Of a DNA stretch of 64,000 bases, positions 39,020 to 55,193 are shown one piece after another (position 1 is the stretch's first letter; each line of letters begins with the position of its first letter). The notes under the pieces were generated by a model, which saw only the letters and a program-made list of their open reading frames with translations, made no database searches and was not told the DNA's origin. The stretch lies in assembly GCF_006345805.1 (NCBI RefSeq), contig NC_043000.1, forward strand, positions 122,264,001 through 122,328,000, written 5' to 3'. The DNA comes from Octopus sinensis. Taxonomy: Eukaryota. A program made the position numbers and the translations under genes.

Positions 39020-39710
39020 TCTACTATAGGCACATGACCCGAAATTTTCTGGGAGGGGATCAATCGATTAGATTGAGTCCAGTACGCAACTGGTATTTAA
39101 TTTATCGACCACGAATTTATCGACTCTAGGCACATGCCTCGAAATTTGGGGGGGTGGAGGCCAGTCCATTAGATCACCCCCAGTACACAACTGGTCCTTA
39201 ATTTATTGAACCCAAAAGGATAAAAGTCAAAGTCGACCTCGGCAGTATTTGAACTCAGAACGTAAAGACAGATGAAATAAGGCTAAGCATTTCACCCGGC
39301 TTCATGATTATATTTTTTCTACTCTAGGCACATGGCTCTAAATTTTGGAGGAGGTGGCTAGTCGATTAGATCGATCCCAGTACGCAACTGGTCCTTAATT
39401 TATCGACCTCGAAATGATGAAAGGCAAAGTCGACCTCGGCGGAATTTGAACTCAGAATGTTGCGGCACACGAAATACCTATTTCTTTGCTACCTACAAGG
39501 GGCTAAACATAGAGGGGACAAACAAGGACAGACAAACGGATTAAGACGATTACATCGACCTCAGTACGTAACTAGTACTTAATTTATTGACCCCGAAAGG
39601 ATGAAAGGCAAAGTCTACCTCGGCGGAATTTGAACTCAGAACGTAACGGCAGACGAAATACGGCTACGCATTTCACCCGGAGTGCTAACGTTTCTGCCAG
39701 CTCGCTGCCT
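39020..39710 (-). mobile_element. SINE family B cluster (head at 39710, several modules with a variant tail)
   Basis: Repeated aaaggcaaagtcgacctcggcggaatttgaactcagaa; head gtttctgccagctcgctgcc. Confidence 0.8.
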
Positions 39711-41852
39711 TGAATCGTGCACTATTGTCTTTAAAAAATGACAGGTTAGAGTATTTAGTTAAGGATTTATGAAGAATATGTGGGTATGCACATATGTATT
39801 ACGGAGGGGGATTGTTAAGCAGTGATTGCGCTTAATACAATTCTCAGGAAGGTGGCGGAATACTAAATTCATTAAAATGTAATAAATAAATAAATAACAT
39901 GTCTTCCGGGATTTAGTTACGGGACTTTACACCTTTGCGTTCTGTGTTTATATTGATTTTGCCATTCATCTGCCCGAAAGCTGATACAATAAAGGAGCAG
40001 GTATAATTGCTGCAATTGATCTAATCGAAAACTCACCAATATTTAAATTTCTGGTCACCTGTCTGGAATCCAATATACTATTCAAGTATTATGAGCGCAA
40101 TATGATATGTACGAGACTATCTTTTCAGCTACAGAACAAGCTAATTCTAAAAGCTTCAGCACAATTTATCTCCAACAGATTTTACTGATAATGCTTGGGT
40201 TGAAATGTGGTTATTGTAGAAGGCATAACTTACGGCAAGATACTTGCTGAAGGGGCAACACAGGTTGCTCTATTTTTAAATTTATTGCTGCTGAAACCTG
40301 TGAAATTCTTTGCTAAATCCTGTAGCGAATGGTACGCTTAATATAACACTCATTGTATTAATCACTTTGATCATATTTTCAGTTGAAATCAAATCGAAGG
40401 AGACATCATTCAAGAAGATTGCCAATTATTCAAATCTACTAATTATAGTCATACCAGGAATGGAATAAATAACAGAATAAGAAAATATTAGATTTTTTTC
40501 ATACATGGAGGGATAAGCAAGAGAATGGATAGATGAAAAATATAAGCAAACATGAATAGGTGAAATATACCTGATGTACATTACGCATCCATACATAGTT
40601 ACATACATACTTACATACATACATACACACACACTCCTCACATAGCCACTACACACATTTTTTTCGCTCCTTGTTTCTCTCTTTGATTTTTTCTGTGTCC
40701 CTTTCTGTAGAAGAGCGTAGGCTCGAAACGTAAAAGACTATTTCTATTGGTGAGCGCGTACACTAATACATCTGTTTGTTTTGTACACCACCTGTCTTCG
40801 TCTTTTGTTTTTTTTTCGTGAACTCTCCCCCTATATATATTATTATATATATATATATATATATTATATAATATATATATATATATATACACATATATAT
40901 ATACATTACATATATATGTACAGACACACTCTACATACACCACACACACATATATATATATATATATGTGTGTGTATGTATGTATGTATGTATGTATGTA
41001 TGTATGTATGTATGTATACATATGTAAAACTGTATAAAGATTTATACACAGAGAGAAGACCGTTGACGAGCTTCTTATATGCTAAAAATGGCAGTTAAAC
41101 CCAAACCACGAAAAAGGAAATTCTTAAGGCACTTTTATTATGCATGTGAACCACTGGTAATAAGTTATTTTCATTATTTTTACCCTCACATATACACAGT
41201 ATATATCTGTGTGTATACATATACATATGCGCGTGTGTGTATACGTGATTAATATATTTGCTCTTTGCGTCTGTTTCTCAGCATTGGTCTTGCCTCACAA
41301 TGTCGAAAGGAGCGAGAAAGATTGCGAAAGTTGTGGCGGTTTGAAAACTGAACAAAAACAGCAATGTCCATATTCCACTGCTGAATGATTTTCTATTAAA
41401 TTCATGCAGAATTTCAAATCTAGAAATTCGTTTGTGTTACACTTCAATTAATCCATTGTCAACTTTCATTCTTGTCTTTAGTTGAATTCCTGCCAGTTCA
41501 TAAAGGAATATTTTTTTTTTATCATCTAATTAGTGAAATGCGAAAAAATAAAGTTTACATAAACTTCTATTCAAATGTATTTACAGTATCGCACTGAGAT
41601 GGTCTATTAGATTAGCTTCTATACACGTCCATAATTATATAAATTTGTGCATATATCTATTTGCCAACTATTTTTCTAGCCATTTATCTACCCACCTATC
41701 TGTGTATCATACAAAACACACACACACACACGCACAACACACACACACACACACACACACAGCACACATATACGTATATACATATACACACACGTTATCA
41801 TTAAATAAATTCCATGTAAGCGTGTGTGTGCTTGTGAGTTGGTATACAATAC

Positions 41853-42253
41853 TATTTCTTTACTACCCACAGAGGGGACAAACAAGGACAGAGACACGGA
41901 TTAAGTCGATTATATCGACCGCAGTGCGTAACTGGTACTTATTTAATTGGCCCCGAAAGGATGAAAGGCAAAGGCGACCTTCGCGGAATTGGAACTCAGA
42001 ACGTAACAGCAGACGAAATACCTATTTCTTTAATACCCAGAAGGACCTAAACACAGAGAGGACAGACAAGGACAGGCAAACGGATTAAGTCGATTATATC
42101 GACCCCAGTGCGTAACTGGTACTTATTTAATCGAAAACGTAAGGATGAAAGGCAAAGTCGACCTCGGCGGAATTTGAACTCAGAACGTAGCGGCAGACGA
42201 AATACAGCTAAGCATTTCGCACGGCGTGCTAACGATTCTGCCAGCTCACCGCC
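41853..42253 (-). mobile_element. SINE family B dimer
   Basis: Two modules, head gattctgccagctcaccgcc ending at 42253. Confidence 0.85.
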
Positions 42254-42283
42254 TTGTGTTGGCATACAATCGTACGTACAATA

Positions 42284-42646
42284 GTGGAGGCCCAAGAGCC
42301 CAGTGTTTAGGGCAGTGGACTCGCGGTCGTCGTATCGCGGTTTCGATTCCCAGACTGAGCGTTATGAGCGTTTATTGAAAACACCTAAAACTCCAAGGGG
42401 TTCCGGCAGGGGTTGGTGGCAATCCCTGCTGTACTCTTTCGCCACAACTTTCTCTCACTCTTTCTTCCTGTTTCTCTTGTACCTGTCTTTTAAAGGGCCA
42501 GCCTTATCACACTCTGTGTCACGCTGAATCTCCCCAAGAACTACGTTAAGTGTACATGTATCTATAAAGTGCTCGCCACTTGCACGTTAAGTTCACAAGC
42601 AGGCTGTTCCGTGGATCGGATCAATAGGAACCCTCATCGTCGTAAT
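42284..42646 (+). mobile_element. SINE family C, full length
   Basis: gtggaggcccaagagcccagtgtttagggcagtggactcgcggtcg...tttcgattcccag; body matches 30603-30984. Confidence 0.85.
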
Positions 42647-43065
42647 ATACAGAAACAAACATATACATATATAATTGCTATCACATCACTCCTAAATTAA
42701 CCTTTCATTAAATTTGATGGACATAAATTTAGCCCAAAACACTAAACTGATTTTAATGAAGCAACAACCCTAAAAGAAATTAAATTCAAATACAGCTCCC
42801 TGAACTTTTTTAAAATAAATTGACCCCACTTTTCTTCTTAGATAGAGCCTGCCGATACCGAAATTCTGCTGAAGTTTCTAGTTGATATCGTGGTCTTTTA
42901 TATTTTAATGTCTATGGAGCAGATTTTCTCAACATTAAATATTAGAATCAAAACTGGTACTGCAAATGCACTGTGGAGATTTTCTTGCAAGAAGATTGTT
43001 CCAGCTGCCGTATTTTTCTAAGTCTGCTACAATATTCTCGAGTCACTCTATTACTAGCACCATAT

Positions 43066-43275
43066 ACTCTTTACTCTTTTATTGTTTCAGTCATTTGACT
43101 GTGGCCATGCTGGAGCACCGCCTTTAGTCGAACAAACTGACCGCAGGATTTATTCTTTATAAACCTAGTAATTATTCTATCGTTCGCTTTTGCTGAACCG
43201 CTTAGTTACAGGGACGTAAGCACACCAGAATTGGTTGTCAAGATGTTGGGGGTACAAACACAGACACACAAACAT
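43066..43275 (-). mobile_element. SINE family A, 3' half
   Basis: ctctttactcttttattgtttcagtcatttgactgtggccatgctggagcaccgcc is the reverse complement of the family-A tail. Confidence 0.8.
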
Positions 43276-43285
43276 ATGCACACAC

Positions 43286-43327
<42 letters not shown>

Positions 43328-43935
43328 TCATAAATGAGGGTGAAAAATAATTAGATATTAATTTAATAATACCATCATTTTAACACCAAGTGGCTTAGCA
43401 CATAAAAAACCAGGTAGACAATACAAATTTATACTTAGATATAAGAGAGTTACCGCTAAGTGGTTAACTCTAAAATAGCTCCTTTTTCTGGTATAGCCAC
43501 CAAAAGTTTGTTTCCAATAAGAAATAACATTACGTTCAACGTTAGGAAAGTGAAATACAACGAAAAAATAGTTTAACGCCGAACAATTGTTTCATTATTA
43601 ATATAATATGCAATTATACTCACATGCTTTTGGCGGGGAATCTGAATCACAACTATGTATGCAATCGATTAAACCGCATGGGTATTTGACGCTCGTGAGG
43701 GTCTAATAAATTGTTTCGAAGACAAACTGCCGCTGATGATTTATAGATAAATATGTGAGTATAATTGCATATTATTAGAATAATGAAACAATTGTTCGGC
43801 GTTAATCTATTTTTTCGTTGTATTTCACTTTCCTTACGTTGAATGTAATGTTATTTCTTATTGGAAACAAACTTTTGGTGGCTATACCAGAAAAAGGAGC
43901 TACTTTTAGCACTAGAGTTAACCACTTAGCAGTAA

Positions 43936-43990
<55 letters not shown>

Positions 43991-44274
43991 ATATATTATA
44001 TATACATTATATACATATGTATACATATATAAAGGGAGAGTTTACGAAAAAAACAAAAGATAAAGACAGGTGGTGTACAAAACAAACAGATGTATTAGTA
44101 TAACGCTCAGGAATAGAAAAAGTATTTTACGTTTCGAGCCGACGCTTTTCTACAGAAAGGGACACAGAAAAAACAAGGAGAGAAAAAAAGGAGAGAAAAC
44201 AGGAGAGGAAAAAAAGGAGAGATAAATGTGTGTAGTGGCTAACGATCTATCATGGCGCTATATACATACATATA

Positions 44275-44441
44275 TACGACAGGCTTTTTTCAGTTTCCTT
44301 CTACCAGATTCACTCACAAGGCTTTAGTCGGCCCGAGGCTATAGTAGAAGAGAGTTGCCCGAGGTGCCCACGCAGTGGGACTGATGCCGGAAATATATGG
44401 TTGGGAAGCAAGCTACTTACCACACAGCCACTCCTACGCCT
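44275..44441 (-). mobile_element. SINE family A, 5' half
   Basis: gcaagctacttaccacacagccactcctacgcc is the reverse complement of the family-A head. Confidence 0.8.
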
Positions 44442-44920
44442 ACATATGGTGAGTTTTCTCTAGTGCTTACCTGTTTGAAGCTTTTTTTGTGTAAAACAGA
44501 AAAGATAGAGATAGTATTGATATACAGGTTTTGAGTTTGGTGCAATGCTTTTCCACGGTCAACAGATACGAACACTTAAGCCCGGAAATATGTTCCTGTG
44601 TCACCTGAGAATTGTGTTATTAATTCTAATCAAACTATTGGCGTTGTAAGGATATATATATATATATCTGGCATAGATCTTCAGGTCATCCATAATGACA
44701 TAGGTGGTTGCATTGGTATGTGTAGTAGTTGTCAACCGTAGCATGAAACCACTTTAGTTTTGTCATATTAATAGCACCGGGGTTTAATACCAAAAAATGT
44801 AGAATTGCCAAAAAGTTATTCATTGGAATATTCCCTTTGAAACATTTACAACATCGAAGACAAAGGTCCCGCACTCACTTGCTAGTGTGAATATTTATAT
44901 TTATTTAGTATTCATGCACA

Positions 44921-44951
<31 letters not shown>

Positions 44952-45051
44952 ATATATATATATGGATGTGTAAATAAATAATGTTTGTATCTGTGTGCAT
45001 ATACAGACACAGACACACAGCATACACATGCATATATAAATATATGCATGC

Positions 45052-45114
<63 letters not shown>

Positions 45115-45635
45115 CTGGTGTATGCATCATGTATGTATTTATGCATGCTTGTATATATGAAAGTGTGAGGCTATATATAAAGGTATGTAATTTTGAATTT
45201 CTTTATAAATAGACATCGATACAAATTTGATAAATTTTTACACCACCGCTTGAATGCTTTTCGTGTTATAGTATTGAGTGCGTGTGAGATGCATGACGTG
45301 TTCCTTTATTTAGCGAGTATCACAATGTATGAGTTCTGGTTTCTGAGTACTGCTGGTTCAGCTTCACCTTTATATCCTTGTGTTCCTTTTAGTTAAGCTT
45401 TTTTTTTAGGAATTGCACACGCAATAACATTCAGCACCACAGGTTTTCGTAAATTTTATTTTACACACGTGCTTTTCTTTTCTTCTTGTTTTTCGCATGC
45501 ATTGATCTTGTTGCATATGCTGTACAACTCAATCTCCGTTTTTCGTTCTGTCCCTTTTTGTTACCCCTCGTTCTTAATATCTCTCTATCTCTCTACATAA
45601 ATCCTTGTAGGTTCGCACGCGCACACACACGCACT

Positions 45636-45644
45636 CATATATAT

Positions 45645-45704
<60 letters not shown>

Positions 45705-45762
45705 TATACATATATATATATATGTATACATATATATGTATATATGTATATATATACATATG

Positions 45763-45797
<35 letters not shown>

Positions 45798-45798
45798 C

Positions 45799-45885
<87 letters not shown>
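45636..45885. repeat. Compound (TA)n-(GA)n-(GATA)n microsatellite
   Basis: Direct inspection. Confidence 0.9.
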
Positions 45886-45886
<1 letters not shown>

Positions 45887-46187
45887 TGTGTAATATAAAA
45901 TATGTATCAGAAATAAACTATGGATATATATAATTCATAAGCATGTACACCTTTGTAAAGTATACATCCAAACACTTTCTTACACTCACTTATGTATGCG
46001 TATATAGAAATCTAAGCATGACTTCCTTCGTGCTTAGCGATCTCTATATTTCTTTTCGTCGACGCAAATATAAAATTAAACGTACTGAAACACTGCTTAG
46101 ATTAACAATATGCTTTCTTCTATGAAAGTGTACGTATATATATATATACACGCCCACACACACACACACACATAGACATATATCTGC

Positions 46188-46243
<56 letters not shown>

Positions 46244-48064
46244 TATACATATATACACACATACGTGTGTGTCTGTGTGTATAGAAAACTATGTTCCCTT
46301 CAACTTTCTCCATATCTTGTGTTGCGTATATTTCTTTCCGTAGGAAGAAATATTATGAAAGCACTCAAATTTGCTTAGATTAACAAGATACTTCACTGTG
46401 TATGTAAAGATACTTATTGCCATACACGCATACAAACAAAGACTTATACAATTGTTTGTGTGAGTGTGTATGTATGTCCATGTGTATATATATATGTTTG
46501 TGTATATTTGTGATTGAATGCCAGTGCGTGTTCACATCTGTGGTTTTGTGTATGCGATAACTGACAGCGAACGGAGAGATATACAGCTAGCGAATAATTC
46601 ATCTTTGTTTTCAGAAAAGAATTAAAGCGACCAGAACGCCGACACACATCCAGAAAAGAAGAAAAATATGAAACGTGAAGATGAAATAAATTCTGGAAAA
46701 CTCTTTGAAAGTTTTCTCCTATCTTAGCACGAAAGACTACATTGTATTCCTGTAGTTCAACAAATACATTATTTGCAGCTACGATTCTCCATTTCCATTA
46801 TACAAATGCATCTGAAGAAGATTTTTTTTTGATAATTATTCACAGTTAACGATTCTACAATATGAATATCACGTGTTTCTCGTTTATAACTAATATTACG
46901 GATCTTAACTTTGAATCGGAATCAGCACTATTGAGCTTATATAATGGGAAAATGCAGATCTACAGGGACTTCACATATTTAAATGCAGATTTGATTAGGT
47001 ATCATTCATGCCTTTCCATCGCATATTCTTCATAAGAAATATGCGAATCTTGAAAGGAAGACATTGCTTAGCAGGCACATACTCGTATCCTATCTTATTC
47101 TGTGCTTTGCACACATAAATTATTATATACTCTACGTAGTGGCATATTAGTTATATTGTATCATAATACACACATATAGCTGCAAATACCTACCAAATAC
47201 AATTACACACACACACATACGTCAAAGTATGAGACTAATGATTTCTTTTTATATATGTTGTTGTTTTTATCATAGGCAGATAAAATAGATTTATGAAGAT
47301 AATTTCTTTTTATCATTGAAAAACTTATACATTGATTTAAAATACATTAGGCCTCTAATGACCCTACATAAAGAGAAAATATCCTTTGAACCAAATATAC
47401 GTACTTCAAACAGAAACATATTCGTTCTTTAAGTGTATTATTACTGGTTGTACTAGGTTTTGAGTTTATAAAATAGGCATTAAGTGTTATCTACTTTGTC
47501 AAATTCTTACAAACTTGTAGTTTTACGTATAACAATTCAGCGAAATCACTTCTCATCCTTGTGTTTTTCAAATTTGTTCATAATTTAGTTCGTTTCCTGC
47601 AAGTCGCTCGAAGGTACAAGCTATGTCACCAAGTATTTTCAATAACATCTCTGTTGCTAAAACAATTTCTGGAGAGGTTTCTACTTTGTTACACGAAATA
47701 GATATTTGTCAACTACTTTTTAAGTTTTCTTAGGGGCTGAGGGACTCCATATCTGCCTGTAAAATATACTGAATACAACTTTTTAACGAAATTTAAGTCG
47801 CACTTACTGCACCGTATGTACAAAACCATAGTTGACAGACAATAGATTATCCTCTATCCGATCAAATTTGGGCTTAATTTTGACTTTATGAAATTTGGGC
47901 ATAATATTGCCCAAATATTAAGTATATATGTATGATAAATGGATTTCTAAAAACATTTGAAGTAACTTTCCCAGAATTCTTTGACGACGTGTTATCAATA
48001 ATCCAGGTAATAAAATCATTTATATGTGTTGGAAGACAATACATTATCAATATCAGCGTTACTC

Positions 48065-48250
48065 AAGAAATAGGAAGAGAGAGTGAGAGAAAGTTGTGGC
48101 GAAATAGTACAACAGGAGGCACCACCCCACCCCCTGCAGGAGCATCGTGGAGCTTTTAGGTGTTTTCGCTCAATAAACACACACAATGCCCGGTCTGGGA
48201 ATCGAAACCGTGAGTCTGCTGCTGTGACCACTGGGCCATTGCGCCTCGAC
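48065..48250 (-). mobile_element. SINE family C, 5' part
   Basis: cggtctgggaatcgaaaccg...ccactgggccattgcgcctc matches 30911-30984. Confidence 0.8.
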
Positions 48251-48624
48251 CTATATATATATGTGTATATATATATATATATACTTTCAAAATGTGACCT
48301 CGTGTGTACCGTTGGCGATTTTTTTCCCTCTGTCTTCCCTTCTCTGGATCTTTCCTTCTCCTATGTTTCCGACGAAGAGCTCCGCTCGAAACGTTAAGCC
48401 CTCCTTTCCTGAGCCTCCATAATACTGTATTTTTTCCACGTCCTCGCGTTGTTGTGGTTTTTGTGTTTCTTGTTTGGATTAACTATATATTATTATATAT
48501 ATATATAATTATATATAATATATATATATATATATATATGTATGTATATATAAGCAATATAGGATGAAGTCCCTTACTCTACAGCAAAGGAATTCATCAG
48601 GAAGCGTGGGCAGTATATGTATAT

Positions 48625-48678
<54 letters not shown>

Positions 48679-48684
48679 ATATAT

Positions 48685-48774
<90 letters not shown>

Positions 48775-48789
48775 ATATATATATATATG

Positions 48790-48821
<32 letters not shown>

Positions 48822-48858
48822 GTATATATATATATATGTATATACATATATATATATG

Positions 48859-48906
<48 letters not shown>

Positions 48907-48919
48907 GTATATATATATT

Positions 48920-49010
48920 GGGAGTTCCAGATGAACCTACCTCACGACAGGAGACACGGATGCGGGCAGCAGCATCGAACTCCTTGTTGATCAAGTGCCA
49001 CGTATCAGAG
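48920..49010 (+). mobile_element. CR1-type ORF2 C-terminal scrap inside (TA)n
   Basis: [22 protein letters not shown], similar to DPNEPTCRQETQMTAAGS at ~58290. Confidence 0.65.
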
Positions 49011-49024
49011 GCATATATATATTC

Positions 49025-49106
<82 letters not shown>

Positions 49107-49167
49107 TATTATATATATATATATAATATATATAATATTATAATATATATATATATAATATATATAT

Positions 49168-49224
<57 letters not shown>

Positions 49225-50206
49225 TGTATGTATGTATGTATGCATATCTATGAATGTGTTATAGAAATATGTATCTCCATGATTATAGAAAAGTATCTCT
49301 TGTACAAGCATTAGGTAAAACACATAATGCAAGGGGAATATTAGATTTAGAGTAAGAATATTATATGAATAAATGTAAAATATAAACGCGAAACCACAAC
49401 TGAAGAAAAAATATATCTATGTATTCTCTCTTGTGTTTCAAAGCATTAAAAATAATAGATTATTTAGTTTTCCTCACTCTGTAGAATACGACGCCTATAC
49501 TCTCCCTGATATCACGATGAAGTTTGTCTATTCCCAAAAGGCATATTACGTAAATTAAGGTGGGAGGCCAGTGTGATATTTGGAACTGATTGGACATACT
49601 TGGGGAATTTATACAAACGCTTATTGAATTAGTTAATACTTTCAAATCGTGCAGTATACAATTTTTGTTCTCCAATATATCAAATGATTGGATTAAAGCT
49701 ACTGCCGGGATGTAAAGAGCATATATTCTCAAAACACAACTTTCCGTGCTGCCTACCTTTAGAAATATTGATGAAGTATCTGCGTTATGCTATTGCATTC
49801 AATCCAGTTTTATGATAGTCTTCTGTAAGCAAGCTTTAGGAGCGTCGAATGTGTTTTGTATTTTACAGACGAGAGAATAATATTTCGAACGCAGTATTTT
49901 ACCCTTGCAAGACGGATAAAATTCTCAGTAGACAGCCACGGGACTCGATCTAAAGTCCGTCAGTCACTGGCTGTGTATTCTACCATTAAGATAAGCGGCC
50001 TGCTGACAACGATTTCTCTCAAATTAAACGCTAAATATTATAACATAATGATAGGAAACATAGCCGTCACGCGAAGGATGCGGGTTCGATTCCTGTGAGG
50101 CTGTCTACTGACAACTTTTTCCGTCTTATAAAGACTAACATACCTAATCTCTCTGCTGTTTTCACTGTTATTTTTCTGCATTCGAAATTATACTTTCTTG
50201 TCTGTA

Positions 50207-50290
<84 letters not shown>

Positions 50291-50775
50291 TATGTATGTA
50301 TGTATGAATGTATGAATGTATGTATATGTATATATGGAATAATTACTATGTAGCATTCTGTAGAATATATTGTGTAAAGAATCGTGGGTAAGGCCAACAC
50401 AATGCGAGGTACATGAAAGGTACATCGCAAGAAAACAAATATGTGAATTATTGTAGACTTATCTTGTATTCGATATTTCGGGTTTATGACCCTATATTAA
50501 AGAAATGTTGCCGATGTGCGTGTGTGTGTGAGCATGCCTGGAGTGGACATGCGCGGAAATATGTTGGCATAACCACCAGCTAACTTCATGTAACTCTTTT
50601 CTGTTGTTGATATTGGTTTTTCTTTTGGTGTATGAGGATGGCCTCAGAAACAATTAACCAAGAAATATTGAATACAAGGTAATACATTAATACATTAATT
50701 CACATATTTGTTTTCTTGTACTTTACCTTCCATTTACTTCGCATTGCTTTGGCTTTCCCCGTGATCCTTTATACA

Positions 50776-50830
<55 letters not shown>

Positions 50831-51711
50831 GAGTAAAAGATTGGACTTAAATTCTTCAAAGGGATGTTAAACATTCAAGTTCGCTGATTCAATCCAAAGC
50901 AAAGAATATGTGTATATAAATCTGTATATTCAATATTGGTACAATAAATTATAAGGAAAGGAAAAATTAGAAGTGTAGACGTTACTTTATTCCAAGGTGG
51001 TACATATATCCAATAAAAAACTCTACAAGGTGTTTCCAAATCTAATTGATTCAAAACAAAACGAAATATAATTCTTTTTTGAACTCACAAATTAGGCTTT
51101 TCGTCAGGAATTCATTATTGGAATGAATGAGATCTACCAACAGATATAAAGAACTTTACAATAGCTCACAATGGAGCAAAGAATTAAATAATGATAGAAA
51201 GAAATTAACCAAATGCCAGAGCAATCGAAAACAGAAAATATATAAATACACTTCAGCGTTAATTCAAATGACATCTCACAATTTATAAATACTTGTTAAC
51301 GACATTTGCAATAAACGTCTATACAAAAAAAAAATCGACAAGTTAATGAAAAAATTAATTATTAACTATTAAAAATTATAGAGTTAACTAATTAAAAAAT
51401 TAAAATCTAATATATTATTCACTAGAACATAATCGATACAATAATTCAAAGTTAATAGGAAGATATTAAAAGAAAACAATACCGCATATTTACAAATGGC
51501 TTCCGTCAAGTAAAACGGAGTAGTTTCCCTTACATATAAGCATATCAAAACAAGTGAGAATATAATTGCAGAAAAATTCCTTTCATATTATAATAGCAGA
51601 TAAACCTAAATTTAAAATCTAAAACAAATTAATATATTATTTCTAAAATAATAATATAAATTAAAATAGACTGCTTATATTACATTACATTGTAAGTTAA
51701 ACCAATCTACA

Positions 51712-51743
<32 letters not shown>

Positions 51744-51798
51744 CATACATACTATATCCATTCATATACATAAATACATATATATATATATATATATA

Positions 51799-51829
<31 letters not shown>

Positions 51830-51846
51830 ATATATATATATTATAT

Positions 51847-51879
<33 letters not shown>

Positions 51880-51899
51880 CCATACATACATACATGCAT

Positions 51900-51961
<62 letters not shown>

Positions 51962-51962
51962 T

Positions 51963-52405
<443 letters not shown>

Positions 52406-53142
52406 ACAGAAGAATAAGAGAAGATATATACACATATATACACATATATACATATATATATATATACATACATACTATATCCATTCATATACATAAATAC
52501 ATATATATATATTCAACTATACATGTATATATGTATCTATGCATGTATATGTACACTAGTAAAAGAGTAAGAAGTTGACTATACTTTGATATGTGCGATT
52601 CTATTAAAACGGAGAGAATATAAGCGATAGACGACGCAAAATTGTGAACCCCTACAAAAAATGAATGAATGGAACAACATAATGCACCAGTAAATGTTAA
52701 AATTCCAAACATCACGCTGAAGTTATTTTTTAGAAGCGCATATACGTATTATTGAATATTTTATAATCTGGTGAGAAGCCGGAAATAGTATCTGAATAGC
52801 TGAGGAATTAAAACATGTGAATTTCCAGTATAAAATATCATAGATTCTGCAGAAGCATAAGTTGTCTTCTTTGCGCTTAAATACAGTGACATGACATAGG
52901 ATATATAACTACTTCAATTCCAGCAGGGCAAAATAGGTTTCTAAATACACACTCATTTGTTTCAGAAACTCAACTCCTGATCAGCAAACTCACAATGGAA
53001 GATCAGCCGGAGAAGAGAAGGTCTCTGCAAAACATGGAATGACTATAATAATATACTACAGACATGGATCCAGTTATTGGTATCTATGTGCAAGAAAGCT
53101 TCAAAACGAAGAAAGTACATAAATATTATTTTAAATCTTCTA

Positions 53143-53556
53143 GGCTTAGGAGTGGCTGTGTGGTAAGTAGCTTGCTTACCAGCCACATGGTTCCGGGTTC
53201 AGTCACACTGCGTGGCACCTTGGGCAAGTGTCTTTTTTTATATAATCCCGGGCGACCAAAGTCTTGTGAGTGGATTTGGTAGAGGGAAACTGAAAGAAGC
53301 CCGTCGTATATATGTATATATATATATACATGTGTGTGTTTGTATGTTTGTGTGCCTGTGCGTGTCCCCTCAACATCGCTTGACAACCGATGCTGGTGTG
53401 TTTACGTCCCTGTAACTTAGCGGTTCAGTAAAAGACATCGATAGATTAAGTACTAGGCTTACAAAGAATAAGTCCTGGGGTCGATTTGCTCAACTAAATG
53501 CGGTGCTCCAGCATGGCCGCAGTCAAATCACTGACAGAAGTAAAAGAGAAAAAGAG
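53143..53556 (+). mobile_element. SINE family A, full length
   Basis: ggcttaggagtggctgtgtggtaagtagc...gggttcagtc...gcatggccgcagtc. Confidence 0.87.
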
Positions 53557-53941
53557 TAATGAAAACGAGAGAAAATTAAATCTCAGAGGAATATTCAGCA
53601 CGTTTTTCAGCTTTAAATTGTTTGTTAAATCTTGCTGGTTACACGTACAATTGGAATTTAAAGAAACACAACAATCTTTTTTCAGCTTACTTGTAGGATC
53701 TCAAAATGTAACGATGTAGATGTTAACAAAAAAAAAACGCAATGGATCCATGTCTGTAGTATATTGGTAAATTAAGAAGCGGAGATAACAGAAGTCATAG
53801 TAACATATTTTAATTAGTATAATGAAAGTCTACAATGCGCAAATTGTTTGTAAATTCAGGATAATTTATTAGAGAAAATATGCCTTAATATCTTCAACTG
53901 TGATAAATGCAAAAATATAGATTTTAGGCATTCAAAATTTA

Positions 53942-54466
53942 GGCGTTGGCATGGCTGTGTGGTAAGTAACTTGCTTATCAACCACATGGTTCTGGGTTCA
54001 GTCCCACTGCATGGCACCTTGGGCGAGTGTTTTCTACTATAGCCTCGAACCGACCAAAGCCTTGTGAGTGGCTGAGGGGTAAGTAGCTTACTTACCAGCC
54101 ACATGGTTCCGGGTTCAGTCACACTGCGTGGCACCTTGGGCAAGTGTCTTTTTTTATATAATCCCGGGCGACCAAAGTCTTGTGAGTGGATTTGGTAGAC
54201 GGAAACTGAAAGAAGCCCATCGTATATATGTATATATATATATGTGTATGTATTTGTGTGTGTGTGTTTGTGTGTCTGTGTTTGTCCCCCCCAACATCGC
54301 TTGACAACTGATGCTGGTGTGTTTACGTCCCCGTATCTTAGCGGTACGGCAAGAGAGACCGATAGAATAAGTAAAACGCTTACAAAGAATAAGTCCTGGG
54401 GGTAGTATTGCTCAAGCTCCAGCATGGCCACAGTCAAATGACTGAAACAAGTAAAAGAGTAAAAGA
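53942..54466 (+). mobile_element. SINE family A: extra 5' head (53942-54072) followed by a near full copy
   Basis: Two successive ggtaagta...ccacatggttc...gggttcagtc heads, then body and tail. Confidence 0.82.
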
Positions 54467-54805
54467 ATCCCAATAAGCTACATTCATATGGTCGATTAAT
54501 AATAAAGTAAGATTAGTCAAGTATAAGGAGACAAGGAATGACAGCATTCACAACGTTTATATGAAAATAATTCATGTATAAAACCGAGGCAAACTGGCGG
54601 AGCAGTTAGAGTGTTGATAGAATGCTACATATTTCTACTGCTCTATGTGTTTGAATTGTAAATGCTACCGTGGACAGCTTTGTATTTCCTCATTTCGAGC
54701 ACGCTAGAAAGATGCTAGGCAGTCAAGAATGGAGGTAATTCAGACGCGTTGTAGTATTTATCCCAGGTTCCTTGTGTTATGAGTTCAAACCTACAATATA
54801 CTTTT

Positions 54806-55193
54806 CTACTCTAGGGACAAGACCCGAAATTTTGAGGTGGGAGCTAGTCGATTACATAGACCCCAGTATGCATTTGGTACTTAATTTATCGACCCCGAAA
54901 GGATGAAAGGCAAAGTCGACCTTGGCGGAATTTGAACTCAGAACGTAAAGACAGACGAAATAGTTATTTTTTTACTACCCACAAGGGTCTGAACACAGAG
55001 GACAAACAAGGACAGACAAACGGATTAAGTCGATTACATCGACCCCAGTGCGTAACTGGTACTTATTTAATTGACCCCGAAAGGATGAAAGGCAAAGTCG
55101 ACCTCGGCGGAATTTGAACTCAGAACGAAACGGCAGACGAAATACGGCTACGCATTTCGCCCCGCGTGCTAACGTTTCTGCCAGCTCGCCACC
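54806..55193 (-). mobile_element. SINE family B dimer
   Basis: Two modules; head gtttctgccagctcgccacc. Confidence 0.85.
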
